A stretch of 63,839 bases of DNA, the filler included, from Basidiobolus ranarum (lineage: Eukaryota): assembly GCA_040143965.1 (NCBI GenBank). It is 29 parts of 29 records of this genome, joined end to end, with 100 filler letters (N's around TTAATTAATTAA, not from the genome) between each part and the next. Parts side by side here need not be neighbours in the genome. Positions count along the whole stretch, not along the records: positions 13,276 to 15,386 come from JASJQH010003763.1; positions 15,487 to 17,597 come from JASJQH010003764.1; positions 17,698 to 19,808 come from JASJQH010003765.1; positions 19,909 to 22,018 come from JASJQH010003766.1; positions 22,119 to 24,227 come from JASJQH010003767.1; positions 24,328 to 26,435 come from JASJQH010003768.1; positions 26,536 to 28,642 come from JASJQH010003769.1; 22 more parts are not named here. The stretch is one strand, 5' to 3'. The notes under the pieces are model-generated. The model made no database searches and was not told the origin of the DNA. It saw nothing but the letters and a program-made list of their open reading frames with translations. Shown piece after piece: positions 13,176-26,858 of the stretch; positions within the stretch are counted from its first letter, which is position 1, and every line of letters starts with the position of its first letter. Position numbers and translations under genes: made by a program.

Positions 13176-14006
13176 NNNNNNNNNNNNNNNNNNNNNNNNN
13201 NNNNNNNNNNNNNNNNNNNTTAATTAATTAANNNNNNNNNNNNNNNNNNNNNNNNNNNNNNNNNNNNNNNNNNNNAACAACCATTTGTTCTTGGGGAAGA
13301 GCGAGAGCAACTTGGCTGAATGCAATAGCTCCGAGAACAACAGCAGTGAAAAATTTCATGTTGAAGAGGAAGAGGCGGAAGAGTAGACAAAGGTGGAAAG
13401 TAGCGGAGACTGAGCAATGGAGAGGTAAGGCTTAAAACTATCATGAGCCAACTTATATACATAAAATAATTCCGAATTTGTAGATGACAGCTAAAACAAA
13501 TATAGTCATCTGTTACATAGGAGGATATGATACATTGCCACTTTATTCGAACAACCATGATTTGTAGCAACCATGGTCATTAATATCAATAGGCTTGACT
13601 GGAATACATTTCCATGAAACAAATCACGTAAAAATATAAGTGTCACGATAATTGTTAGAAATTCCCAAACCCCTTTGTTTAATGTTTGACATCAATACAG
13701 GAACATGCCTTTGTGATTTAGTTAACTCCTTTTTCAGAGAAAGGGGGCGGAAAAGACGGGAGCATAGAATATTTAGTAATATATATATATGGGATATTAA
13801 ATTTAGTAGTATGAAACTTCATTTCACTCTCGCCATACATGGAGTGTATTTCGAACATGATGCAGTTTTGCGTCGAAGTCATGAGAGCTTGTCCAATGAT
13901 TGCAGGAAATCACGCATGAAAAAATCTCTTTAAAATGGCATATTTCACTCATCAATTACTCGTCCGCTTTCCTCAGCTCAACCATCCCACTACCCGATCG
14001 ACCATC

Positions 14007-14615
14007 ATGAAATTCATCGCTGCTACCGGTCTTTTCGCTTTGGCTCTCAGTCAAGTCGCTTATTCTGCTTCCATTGGAATAACTGAAGGTAGCGAAGAGG
14101 CCCAAGTAAACGATGAACTGAGTCTTGGTGGCGTCGCTGGTTATCTTGGCAAAAGAATTGCCACCAGAGTAGCCAGCCACGTTGGTAGTGGAATCGGACA
14201 CATCTTTGATGGCTCTGGTATCGGAGGTACCTTTGGCGGCCGTGGACACGGTGGTTTCAAGGGAAGCTTCGATGACGGCTTTGGAGGTGGGTTCGCAGGG
14301 AACTTCCGTGGCCGTGGAGCCGGTAACTTCAGAGATATCCTTGGTGGTGAGATCAAGGGTGGAGGTAAGGGATCCGGTGGACTCGGATTTGGTAACAAAT
14401 ATCGAGGTGGGTTGAAGGTGGATGCACCTAAACTAAGCTACAGACCCGAAGAGTACACCGAGGGATCGGAATGGGCTGATGGTTTTGGTGGTGGGCGTGT
14501 AAAGCCAGGTTCAATCCAGGTTGACCCTATCCCGGACAGAAAAAGCGATGGATATGGTGGTGGTGGACCTGGTTCCATTCAAGTGGATCCTATTCCGGAA
14601 ACTGCTTATGATTAA
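14007..14615 (+). CDS. Secreted glycine-rich protein with two C-terminal PGSIQVDPIP repeats
   Basis: Signal-peptide-like MKFIAATGLFALALSQVAYS at ATG 14007, G/F-rich core, intronless, expressed-gene codon usage. Confidence 0.8.
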   Translation: MKFIAATGLFALALSQVAYSASIGITEGSEEAQVNDELSLGGVAGYLGKRIATRVASHVGSGIGHIFDGSGIGGTFGGRGHGGFKGSFDDGFGGGFAGNFRGRGAGNFRDILGGEIKGGGKGSGGLGFGNKYRGGLKVDAPKLSYRPEEYTEGSEWADGFGGGRVKPGSIQVDPIPDRKSDGYGGGGPGSIQVDPIPETAYD

Positions 14616-15275
14616 TCCTTTTCGTTCCACTTTCAAGTTCGCGATGCGGTTCAACCCCTGCAATGTTAGCTAATATGCATCTAGATTGTTGTTATAATTC
14701 AAAAAAATTACTTGAAAATAAAGAGCCCAAATTATAACAGAAAACTAAACACTGCAAATAACCTTCAGATTTCATCATCAAGAATAATATCTTACTGAGG
14801 TGCTTCTTGTATTTGTGATGTTGTAGTAAACGACATACATTATTATGTGAAATTTGTATTTTCTCGAGCATATTTCATCTAGCACTCAAATACTGCATAG
14901 CTAACTACTCAACTCTTACAACAAAAGGAACTAAGGAGGCAGGATTTAGGAGTTTATAAGTTTTGGTAATAGTTATAACACAAATGTTGTAATCTTATTC
15001 TACATGTTCACTGAAATACGCTGTGACAATGGTTTTAATGGGCACTGATTATATTATAATGGAATTATGTACTCTAGCTCCAACTGTGCATTAAGCGAAA
15101 ATCTTGATGTTTCCAACATTAAAAGTGGCAAAGAGCAGACATTTGGGCATAATTGAATTAGTTTTTGATTCTAGTAATTGCACAATTATAGTTGTAGTCA
15201 AATGAGCAGTTTTATTTCTGGAACATTTTAGGGGGGAAGGAACAGAGATTGATGCATAACAGAGAAATTAGAAGT

Positions 15276-15386
15276 TTAATCGTAAGCAGTTTCCGGAACA
15301 GGATCCACTTGAATGGAACCAGGTGCACCACCACCATAACCTACGCTTTTTCTGTCCGGGATAGGGTCAAGCTGGATTGACCATGG
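15276..15386 (-). CDS. 3' end of a convergent paralog of the Gly-rich secreted protein
   Basis: Minus strand translates PWSIQLDPIPDRKSVGYGGGAPGSIQVDPVPETAYD*. Confidence 0.85.
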   Translation of the reverse strand, partial: PWSIQLDPIPDRKSVGYGGGAPGSIQVDPVPETAYD

Positions 15387-17340
15387 NNNNNNNNNNNNNN
15401 NNNNNNNNNNNNNNNNNNNNNNNNNNNNNNTTAATTAATTAANNNNNNNNNNNNNNNNNNNNNNNNNNNNNNNNNNNNNNNNNNNNATGCCTCTTGAGAA
15501 TAATGGGTAATATCTTGATGAAATATAAGATAACTAAATACTAAGCTATATATCACTATATAGATGCTTATACAATGCTAATTTCAATAGTAATATCCAT
15601 TTGCATTCAATAAATCAATTTTCATGTCACATTTTTCACACTATCTTAGTATTCTCTGTATGGTTACAGGTGTTCATTTATAAAGTTCAAGCATAGCTAA
15701 GTATATTTTGAAGTGCCAAACTTGGGAGTTGCTTTTTTGTATATTCCTCTATTTAAAGTGGAAATTTGGTATTCAGCTCTCTACAAGAGCTCTTATATCT
15801 ATTTCACTTATCACTGAGTTGTGAATATCAAAAGTCTTTTCTACTGACTTCTACTCCCAATTCACCAGATTTCAGCCCTTACTCATCTTACTGAACTATA
15901 CCATATAACCTAGAAGCTCTCAGAGTTATTACTAGTATTAAACTAATCATTTATATTACCACAGAACCTAACTAGCCTTCTATAACTTTTATTTCTGATT
16001 ATAACTTTTTTGCCAGCATGTCCTGAACAGTAGGGATTTTAGTCTAGCAAACTATCATTAGGATGATGGTCAATATATGTATTGTAAATTAAAACATCTT
16101 CTTTGTATCAACAAAATATATTGTTATCATTAATATAGAGGAATTAACTACATCCCCATTCTGCTGATTTGGTAAACTCTTGATTGTTTCATTTGAAATA
16201 TTTGATTGGTCTTGTAAGATAATATGTTGAGGTTTATTGTCCTATTTGTATTTTTATCCCTATCTTTAGGCACTTAACTATTCCCAATATCATGTTTACA
16301 TTAGTTAGTACTACTATATCAAATATGACTTGGCTGAAATACATATATTTAGTATATATATAGACTATCCAGAATTATCAATTTAATAATTATTTAAAGT
16401 CATCCAAATTTATCCCCCCATAGATTGTTTTACTCCTATGGATGTTATGAGCATAACTCATTGGTTATTTTCTGTAATTCCATCAAAACGTATTAATGCT
16501 TTATTTCTGGTTAATTAATGGATGCCGACTCCATTGCTTAAAAATCACGGAGTATTCCTTTCATTCTGCATCAAGCTACATTTCTGGCTGTTACTTCTTG
16601 ATGAGCTTATTAGATAGGAAGCAAAGAACCCTTGGTATTGGATGTACTTGAAATGAACCTAAAAGGTAAGCTGTATACCACTTGATTTTCACAATACAGC
16701 CAAGCATGATATACGATGCACAAGTCATGCAATCGATATTTAATATATGATCAGATTTGATCTTGAAACTGCAGTGATTTTCCTAGCACCAAGGGTGAAT
16801 AGGAAAACTACTTGCATTCTACCTTTATGCTACTATAAGAGTTTCAGTTGTGGTATTCACAGGATTAGATTCCATTCAACTCAATGGTTCATCGTAACTA
16901 CTGAGGCAAGTAGTGGCACAATGAATAACTTCTTTATTTCATAAGAGGCCTTCCTTCCATGCTACAAACGATTTCTGTCAATACGAGCAGATTTTACACA
17001 ATCTCAGACTATTCATTAACAACTAGAGAAATGGGGCGTAATGTCCTCCAAAGCTAGTATTTTATATACATGTTGTGGAAATGGTCTATAGCTCTATAGA
17101 ACTTGCATAGCATGAAAGCATACATTTTAAAGATTCATTTGAGCATATGAACAATGAAAAATGCAAAAATAAGGATTAAATAAATGTATCAATGAAATGT
17201 ATATCTTAATGGGTCGTTGTGAGGTAAATACGCGACCATTGATTGACAGATTTCTCTATAATCTGGTAACTTACGCACGTAACTCTGGTATCTGATCTGA
17301 CTCCCTCTTGTAAATAACTCAAAGAGATGTACTAACGTTC

Positions 17341-17597
17341 CTAGGCCGCTCTAAATGACCGTTTGACGAGCGCATCGAAAAGATGGAAACTGGCAATAGC
17401 ATCATTGGCTGCGTAGTCAATTTCTTGTCGAGTGAGATGTGTTCGGGACCAACGCTTCTTTCTCCAGGACTTGTCAAGCTCCACATTTACGCCAAATCTA
17501 CGAACGAGATCCACCAGCGAATGATGGAGCTTAGCCAAAGCAGAGCCAGAGAAGGAAGTGGAGTGAACGAAATGGATGGAGTAAGAGTTGATTGAAT
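17341..17597 (-). CDS. DEDDy 3'-5' exonuclease (WRN/EXD2-like), C-terminal fragment
   Basis: ExoIII-type motif W-S-R-T-H-L-T-R-Q-E-I-D-Y-A-A-N-D-A. Confidence 0.75.
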
Positions 17598-17899
17598 NNN
17601 NNNNNNNNNNNNNNNNNNNNNNNNNNNNNNNNNNNNNNNNNTTAATTAATTAANNNNNNNNNNNNNNNNNNNNNNNNNNNNNNNNNNNNNNNNNNNNTTA
17701 TCTTACCTGATGATCTCTTTAATTGGATGATGTTTAATAGAGTTCCAAAAGCTTTTAGGATAAACAGTGCAACAATTAGGCAACAGCTAGACTACAATAT
17801 AATTCTTCTATGTTAAGTAAAGTAAGTGGGGATGCTAAGCAAACATAATGAACAATGGTTGAGGATAATGTTGAGGTTAATATGCATTCCTTGTGATAC

Positions 17900-18871
17900 C
17901 TTGTTAGTGGTCATGGCATGTGCCGCATCACCTAGGAGTGTGACTCGCTGGTGAGGAACTTCATGGAGGGGATTTTTCTCCTGGTAATTGGTGGTGTGTA
18001 CACTCCGGATACCCCCAAGAATGATATCTTGAGCACTGATTTTATTAAATACAAAGCCTACTTCAGGATGAAAGTGAGCTTGTACTATCTGCTTCGCCCA
18101 TTCGATAATTTCAGCATCTGAAGTGGGTATTGGCTCTGTTTGAATACTATCTGGCCATGATAGCCCAAAGAACATATGGTTTTCGTCTCCTTCATCTTGA
18201 CAAATTCCCATCAGCACGCTGTATCCTGTTGGAGACATGGATCGCAACATAGCGAAGGAGAGCGACTGGTGCAATGTTGGGATCTCCTCAGGAGATGGGG
18301 CTTTGATGACAGCACCGAAATTAGAGACACCAATAGGACTATATTCAATACTGGGGACAAGCTGCTTTCGTACAAGGGACCGGCATCCATCAGCACCAAC
18401 GAGCAGATCAGCAGAAATACTAGAACCATCTTCAAAGAATGCTTCTATATAGTCCTCATGTTCCTCGTATTTGACAAACTTCTTGTTGTAAACAATGTTG
18501 ACTTCTCTTTCTAGTAGCCTGTGCAAGATTGTTCGGTGAATAATAGCAGTGGCACTTTTTGGAAGTTCCTTATTAGAAACGGGGCCACCAATTCGAAGTA
18601 ATTCTGTCAGCGTATCATCACAAACAACAAAGCCTGTAACCATGTTTTTCTCAATAGCTTTAGCAAGTCCTTCGATTCGTGCTTCTTTCAAGGACTCTAG
18701 GCCCCATTCGTTAATACCTAAGTGCCATCCTTGAGGCTTGTGGCTTGGTGACTCGATTCGCTCATAAATGGTTACACTGATTGCTGGGTTAAAGTGACGA
18801 AGGGCCTGTGCTAAATTCAAGCCACCTATTCCTCCACCAATAATAGCTACTGTTTTGATAGGTGCAGACAT
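17900..18871 (-). CDS. FAD-dependent monooxygenase (group A aromatic hydroxylase-like), first exon; C-terminus not recognised on contig
   Basis: GGGIGG Rossmann motif, DLLVGADG..S.VR, RVTLLGDAAHAM. Probable GT donor at 17899. Confidence 0.9.
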
Positions 18872-19908
18872 TGTGGGAATTTGGATCAGCGATAAGATTG
18901 GTTTAGCAATATTGAAGTTGTGCTGAGTGGCAGTTGGTAAATGAGTTGAAACTGGCAGTGTGAGTAACCTCTCCCCTTCTTATAGTCAGTGGATCAACAA
19001 CTGCGGAAATTGACCTCGATGTTTGCTGCGGATCTTATCTAGCTAATTATTGGATCTATTTCGCCCCAATCATGCTTTACTACACGTGAATGATTTACTT
19101 TAAGTATCAGAATTTCTGATAGCACCAATGGCAGCCACAGTCTAATATGCTACACTAATCTGGTCCAGAAATCCTCACAACTGTCACTTGGGAATTCTGC
19201 TAAATGTGCCAAGATGGTTTCTCAGCAGTATTAACTGCTGAGATAGTATTCATATTCCACAAACCATGTGGAAACTAGGTCTGCATGAGCTCCTACCTGT
19301 GCTTCCTTTTGAAACAAAGGACTGCAGGCACATGATCCCTATTTTATTTAAGTTGGGTAACCAAATCTACTGAGTAGCTATGTATGGAGAAATACATATA
19401 CTGTCTATTCAGCAGGTGAGGATTGTTGAAGTATCTTGGGAGTGTGCTGGGAGTGGCTTGAGGAACTAGAAGAATTGGTGGTTTTTACATATTTATTTAT
19501 TGAGCAGAAAGTTGACATTTATAATTTTGTCAAAAGATAAGCATGCAAACATACACAGTGTGCTAAGGAAGGTCCCTGGACTATGTGTGCTAAGTTTGGG
19601 TTAGGGGGGATGAAAAGCACCAGACAGTGTGGACTTTATTCAGCTTAAATACTAATCTAAACAAAGTGACAATCAAGACTTCAATCTTTTAAGATAGTGT
19701 GACAATACTGGATCATATCCATACTTAACCTGATGACCAATGAAATCAAGCTCAGAGGATGTAAATATAGTGTTAAGGGGCAAAGGTGGTAAGCAGAAAG
19801 GAAGGTACNNNNNNNNNNNNNNNNNNNNNNNNNNNNNNNNNNNNNNNNNNNNTTAATTAATTAANNNNNNNNNNNNNNNNNNNNNNNNNNNNNNNNNNNN
19901 NNNNNNNN

Positions 19909-21893
19909 GTTCAATCCAATCTTAGCAATCAGATGTTTATTGATTTTCTTACACTTTTACCAAAGTTGATTGGCAACTGTTGCTTGCAACAGACCAGATA
20001 CAAGTGGAAATCACTTGTCAATTGTATGACTCATAATCCTTCAGTAATTCAACTACCTCCATGTCCAAATGGTTGCTTGGCTTACACCAGTGATCTGAAA
20101 GACCTGAAGTCATGTACTGTTTGCACACAATTGGCAATCTCCAAATCAGATAAATAGTGTACATACTTGGCTTAAATACCATTAATCTCCCATGTTGAAG
20201 TTTTGATGAAATCACCCATATACATGTCATTGATCCAATACCAAAGTACAAACCATAAAGCTGATGGTATTACCAATATATTTGATTGATGTCACTACCA
20301 GAATCTAAAGAGTTAAGGATTCTTTGAGAGCATATATGAGCATGCATTTGCATTGGCTCTGGATGGTTTCTCATTAAACAAATATATCATTGGAAAGGCT
20401 TGCTGGCCAATAATTTTGATTAACTTGAATCATCCTCCTTCTGAATGGTATAAGAGTCAAAATATTTTGATACTTTCAATCATATCTTGACTTAAGTCAC
20501 CAATGCTTATAGATGGCTTCTTGGAGCCTTTGTTTGCTGAATTTGAATAGTTATGTAATAGGGTTCTGATGGGTGAATATTCTTCTTAAGCTAGTATCAT
20601 TTTATGTATTGAAGTCCCTCCTGACATCAGTTAACTTGAAGGTTTTTGTGGGCACAATGCACCATCTTGCTGTAGATTTTGTCAAATCAATGGAGTTTAC
20701 TCCACCAGGCATATGCATTACTACTATCCAAATACAAAACTGAGCATCATGATTTTACTTTCAAAAGCCTGGTCAGATTTCAACATGCTAACTGACATCA
20801 ATTCACCAAATAGTCAGTCTAACATCAAACTTGGGATTAGCTGTAAGGCTAAGATTATACTGCTAAAGGGGATCAGCTGGGGCCAGTGCTTCCCATCAGG
20901 CACTATGCACTTACTATTCAATAACATTCCAATACTACTTACTCAACTAAAGAGTGGAAAATTCAATATGAATGAGCCATTTTGGATAGGTTCAGAGTTT
21001 GCATTAAATGGGAAAATGTTGGAAAACATCAAGATACAATCATATTTTACCAGGACTCTCATCAATATCCACTTATCTACGTGTTTATTCAAATGCAAAG
21101 ACTGGAAGTATTGGATTTGAATATATATATATGCCTTTTTCAGTGTGCTCATGGGTTTTTGCATTGTTTGGGCACAATAAGAGCAACAAAAACCAATCCA
21201 TGGACATAGGTTAAGTAATTGTATAATTTGGACCAATTTGTTGGTGTGATAATCTGCTCGTATTTCTAGGAAAGTTGCAAGACAGACTTCTTGGTGAGAT
21301 AGATCAGGATATGCAGTATTATTTATTTAGCCGTGAGGTAATCTGTTCAAACAATAACACATCTACATATGGCAGGACATTTCTTGACTACAAGTTGTGT
21401 AAATTTTGGCTAAATCCTTTATGGAGATTTGGCAAAATCCAAGAGCTTATTCTCATTGTGAACAGTAACAAGAGACATCTATTTGCCAAGTGTCAGTACT
21501 ATTGAAGATTTCAGATGTTTAGCAATTTTCCACCATTAGTTTTCTGGTAAAACATATTGATGTTGTCACGTTATGTCTGATCAGTCAAGTATGGGGATAT
21601 GTAGGGACTAAACACACCAAGATTCTCCTATTTTTTGATTCTCATTATTGCTGAAATACAAAGGCTAAAATATCTAAATAAAGACATGGGTTTAATACAA
21701 ATTCCAAGGGCAGTAAACCCAGTTATTTGCAATTCAAAAAATAGATTTTTGCAAAAATTATCTAAAATTAAATGATGCATGTCAATTATGTGGATCAATA
21801 TTTAACAATGTATGAATACCATCAAATTACCATCAAGAAGCCACCATTACACCATCTAAATCCCTGGCTGAATGCAAGCCACAAATATTGTGA
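19909..21893 (+). mobile_element. CMC/EnSpm transposase pseudogene copy
   Basis: Same motifs (ALDGF, CWPIIL, GFCGHNA..CCRFC, GTMHLLFNN). Stops and an internal deletion. Confidence 0.85.
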
Positions 21894-22118
21894 GTGAAGG
21901 GGTCCAAGTCTTTTCGGTTCACTTTCTTTATTTCACTTAGTAAGTTTTAGGGACCTTAATTGGGGGTTCTGGGCTGTTTCCCTTTTGACCTTGAATCTTA
22001 GCACTCAATGTCTGACTANNNNNNNNNNNNNNNNNNNNNNNNNNNNNNNNNNNNNNNNNNNNTTAATTAATTAANNNNNNNNNNNNNNNNNNNNNNNNNN
22101 NNNNNNNNNNNNNNNNNN

Positions 22119-23717
22119 AGATTTCAATATGTTCATTGATATCAATTCACCAAATACCCAGTCTAACATCAAACTTGGTATTAGATGTAGGCCTATGATT
22201 ATATTGCTGAAGGGGATTAATTGGAGCCAGAGCTTCCCTTTAGGCACTATGCACTTACCATTCTACAACATTTTGATACTGCTTATTCAGCCATATAGTG
22301 GCAAATTCAATATGTATGAGCCATTCAAGTTAGGATCAAAGTTTGAATCATTGAGAAAATGATTGAAAACATCAAGATACCATCATATTCTACCAGGACA
22401 CTCATCTAGACATTTATTTAAATGCAAAGACTGGAAGTATTGGATTTGTATATATTCAAGTGCAATTTTGAATTGCTTTCTGCCTGATTAGTATTGCCAA
22501 CATGGGGAGTTGTTTGTTAATATTGTTGATATATTGTTATGGCATCAACTCACATTGGGAGATATCAGGCAGATACAGCAATTGTGCCAAGACTTTGTAA
22601 TTGGATATGAAAAACTATATTTTAGGTTTAAAGAAGATAGACTGAATATATGCCAGTATTCAATACATTCCCTGCTGCATCTTTCACAATGCTTTGAGAT
22701 TATAGGCCCTTGCTATACATTCTGGGAGTTCCCAATGGAGCACACCTGTGGTGAAATGATGCTCCATGTGAAATTGTCAGTATTACCATATGCTTATCCA
22801 ATTAACAATGTATCAGCAAAAGTAGTGATGGATGAAATACAATGGGTTAAGGGGACTCCAGAGTATATCAACCTGCCAACAAAGGACTCTATCAATGTGT
22901 TCACAGGTTTACGCATTGTTTGAGCACAATAACAGCAACAAAGCCCAATCTATGGACACAGAGTAAGTACCTCTATAATTGGATGAATTTGCTTGTGTGA
23001 TAATCCGACTATATTTTTAGGAAAGCTGCAAGAGAGACTTCTTGGTGAGATAGATCAAGATATGCAGTATTATTGTCTTAGCCATGTGGCAATATATTCA
23101 AGCAATGACATGTCTACTTGTGGCAGGACATATGTTGACTGCAAGATGGGGATATATTTGCTGAATTCTTTACAGAAATTTGCCAAAATCCAGGAGCTTT
23201 TTCTCATTGTGAATGGTAACAAGAGTCAGCTATTTGCCAAGTGTAAGTGCTATTCAAAATTTCAGATGTTTAGCAATTTTCCATCATTAGTTTGCTAGTA
23301 AAGCATAATGAAGTTGTTGAGTTACATCTAATCAGTCAAGTATCTATATATGTAGAGACTAAACACAACAAGATTCTTGTATTTTCAAGTCTCATTATGG
23401 CTGGAATACCAAGCCTAAAATATCTAAATAAAGGCATGCATGTTAAATCAAATTTCTACAGCAGTAAACTCAGTAATTTGCCATTCAAAAATTATATTTC
23501 TTTGAAAATTGCCAGTTAGTGAACGATGCATGCCAAATTTCAGGATCATTGTTTCAACATGTATGAATAACATCAAAATACCATTAAGAAACCACCATTA
23601 CACCATCAAAATCCCTGGCAGAGTGCAAGCCACCAGTGCTGTGACAGTTCTCCAATGGCTTTGCTACTTGGGAGGGTGGATCCCATCTGGATCAAATAAA
23701 TTTTGTAATTGATAGGG
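22119..23717 (+). mobile_element. CMC/EnSpm copy, 3' half with degenerate right end (...GATAGGG)
   Basis: IHSLLHL, GPCYTFWEFPME. Homology to the other copies ends at AGGG, followed by Copia RT. Confidence 0.85.
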
Positions 23718-24227
23718 CAGGTAGGTGTCTCTCCTAGTGTACCAGGTCCTGGTTGATGGTTTAAGTCCATAAAGTGCTTTTTCTAGCCTACACACATCCT
23801 CAGGGTGCTCAGGATCCATAAAACCATCTGGTTGATCCATGAATATATCCTCTTCCAAGTCCCCATTCAAAAAAGCATTTTTGACATCCATTTGATGGAC
23901 TTTTAAGCCGTGTTTTGATGCTACTGATAGTTCTGTTCTGATAGAATTAAACTTTGCTACAGGAGTAAAAGTTTTATTGTAGTCTACTCCTTCCTTTTGA
24001 GAATATCTTTTAGCCACAAGTCTGGCTTTATATCTTCCTACAGATCCATCAGCTTGCTGGTTAACTTTAAACACCCATTTGCAACAAGTCAAATTTTGAG
24101 TGTCAGGTGACTTAAACAAAGTCCAAGTTTGGTTATCTATGAGTGACTGATATTCCTCTGCCATTGCAGCACTCCAAAACTTTGTGTTGGGACTCTCCAT
24201 AGCCTCCTGTACTGATTTGGGTTCATC
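23718..24227 (-). mobile_element. Ty1/Copia reverse transcriptase (RVT_2) fragment, interrupted by the CMC element
   Basis: CKWVFKV, RYKARLVAK, QMDVKNAFLNGDLEEDIFM, LEKALYGLK. Confidence 0.95.
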
Positions 24228-24327
24228 NNNNNNNNNNNNNNNNNNNNNNNNNNNNNNNNNNNNNNNNNNNNTTAATTAATTAANNNNNNNNNNNNNNNNN
24301 NNNNNNNNNNNNNNNNNNNNNNNNNNN

Positions 24328-24434
24328 TTGTCCAGTCTTGTCTTGTCTTGTCTTGTGGTCTACACCCAAGTACTCTCCTGCCTTCTAGCCTCTTGTCGTT
24401 GTTCCCAGTCCTTGTCCAGTTCCTTATTGTGACA
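24328..24434 (+). repeat. 3' end of Gypsy LTR (...TTATTGTGACA) abutting Copia integrase
   Basis: Matches 31561-31664. Confidence 0.8.
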
Positions 24435-26435
24435 AATATACTTCAAAGCTTTTAGGCACTTTTTTTATGTTCATGGAATTAAGCAAGAAACCACTGCCAC
24501 CTATTCACCTCAACAAATGGAGTTGCTGAAAGAGCTAACCCAACTATAATAGAAAAGGCAATATCTATGATAAATGCTCTAAATGTAGCTCACAACTTTT
24601 AGGCAGAATCTGTTGCTACAGCTGTATATGTGATGAACAGGAGTTTTGCTAGAAGTGTGTCTAACTCTACACCATATCAAGCTTGGTTTGGAGTTAAACC
24701 TGATGCAAAACATTTGAAGATCTTTGGATGCATTGCTTTGCTCAAATTATGACTAAAAATTGGTCTAAGATTGATCCAAAAAGTAAGAAATGCATATTTC
24801 TGGGTAATTGTACTTAAACTAAGGCCTACTGGCTCTATGATACCAAAATTTTCAAGTTAATCAAATCCAGGGATGTTTTGTTTGATGCAAATGAAAATTA
24901 TTCACCCATAATGATCTTAGAAGATGACACATATCAATTTTCCCCTGATCCAATCATTCAAGTTTAATCAAACCAAAACAGTAAAAAAAGTACTATTCCT
25001 GTGAACCTTCAATCCAAATCTTACTTACTCTAGTGCCCAATACAATGCCAGAAGCTATAGCACCTTTATCTCTAACCAGAAGATCAAATTGGATGTGAAA
25101 TGGCTCTTATTATTATTTCAATGAGTCCCAAAATTGGGCCAATTCCTGCACAGCTCAAATACATGAGCCTCAGACTGTAAAAGAGGCCCAGAATGACCCT
25201 CACATGAAATTTTGGAGATCTGTAATGACTGATGAGTACCAGGCTTTGATTAATAATCAAACTAGGAATTAAACCAACTTACCTGATGATTTCAAGATTA
25301 AATGACTGCCAATGAATGTTTAAAGTTATATATAACTTTGAAGGCAATATAGAAAGGTACAAGGCTATAATTAGTAGCCAAAGGCTATTCCATAACACTA
25401 GGAGTAGATTATACAGAAACATTTGCTCCAGTAGCAAAGTTTAATTCAATTAGATTGATTTCAGCAATTTCAGCAAAATATCAGTTAATTATACATCAAA
25501 TGAATGTCAAAACTGCTTTTTTGAATGACAGGCTTGCTGAGGATATCTATATAGACCAGTCCAATGGATTTGTGGACTCAGAAAACCCTAAAAAAGCTTA
25601 CAGACTCTGGGAAACACTCTGTGGTTTGAAACAATCTCTAAAAGCTTGGAATTGCAAGATAGTTGCTTTTTTGGAAACACTGAAATTACAAAAGAGTAGG
25701 ATGACTATAGTATCAGCTTCAGGCCAATTAAGACAAGCATATCTTTATTAGCCTTACATGCAGATGACCATATTATAGCTATCAATGACTTGAAGACTTT
25801 GAAGAAAACCAATTTCAGAGAATCTTCCAAATTCAAAATGACTGATCTTGGTGAATTGATACACTGTCTTGGAATCCAAATTAAGATAGAAAAAACTACC
25901 AAAACAATAACTTTGATCCATTCTAAGTATATCCTGGATATACTAAAGAAGCTCAAAATGGAAGAAGGTTATCCAGTATCAACTCCAATGGAGACAAATC
26001 TTAACTTGATCAAAAGTGGCTCAAATCAGATGTTTTTGGATTCAAATGAAAGCCAGAAATTTTTTTATCAATCTATTGTTAATAGTTTGATATATAGTAT
26101 GGTTTAACACAGTCAGATATTGCATATTCTGTGGGAGGTATTTGCCAATGTCTTTAAAATTATGGATCTGATCCAATCATAGCAGTTAAGTGGATTTTCA
26201 GATATTTGAAAGGTACTTTGGATCTGTACTTAAGATACACATATTTTGGATCAAACTTTGATCTGATGGGACTTTTAGCTGCAGATTGGGCAAGAGACTT
26301 TGAAGATAGGGGATCTGCAACAATTTACTAATTGCTTTGCTTTTATGGAGCTATTTCTTGGAATTCAAAGAAACAACCTACCATAGCACTTTCAAAAACA
26401 GAAGCATAATACATGGCTGTTGGTGAGGCAATAAA
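24435..26435 (+). mobile_element. Ty1/Copia integrase-RT-RNase H pseudogene
   Basis: PQQNGVAERAN, LVAKGY, QMNVKTAFLN, MTDLGEL, ADWARD, ISWNSKKQPTIALS. Many stops. Confidence 0.92.
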
Positions 26436-26535
26436 NNNNNNNNNNNNNNNNNNNNNNNNNNNNNNNNNNNNNNNNNNNNTTAATTAATTAANNNNNNNNN
26501 NNNNNNNNNNNNNNNNNNNNNNNNNNNNNNNNNNN

Positions 26536-26749
26536 AAAAATTGCTGGTTATTGAATAACGCATGCCAAATTTGAGGATCAATATTTTAACATGTATGAAT
26601 ACCGTCAAGATACCGTCAAGAAACCGCCGTCACACCATCAAAATCCTTGGCAGAATGCAAGCCAGCAATATTGTGACAGCTCTCTGACGGTTTTGCTATT
26701 TCAGAGGGTGGATCCAATCTGGGTCAAATCAATTTTATTTTTGTTAGGG
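26536..26749 (+). mobile_element. Right end of CMC element (...TTTTTGTTAGGG)
   Basis: Homologous to 34430-34629 and 55156-55313, all ending at TGTTAGGG. Confidence 0.8.
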
Positions 26750-26858
26750 GAAATGGAATCCATAGGAGCAGGGACAAGTTAAGTCAATTGAACTGGTTTT
26801 TCTAAAAGAAAGTACAGACTTTTAAGGATTTATTTTATGTTCTAGTTTGTGCTATTAA

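Noticed and set aside
24335-24356. (GTCTT)n microsatellite
   Set aside because: It is an internal feature of the Gypsy LTR, also present in the other LTR copies.
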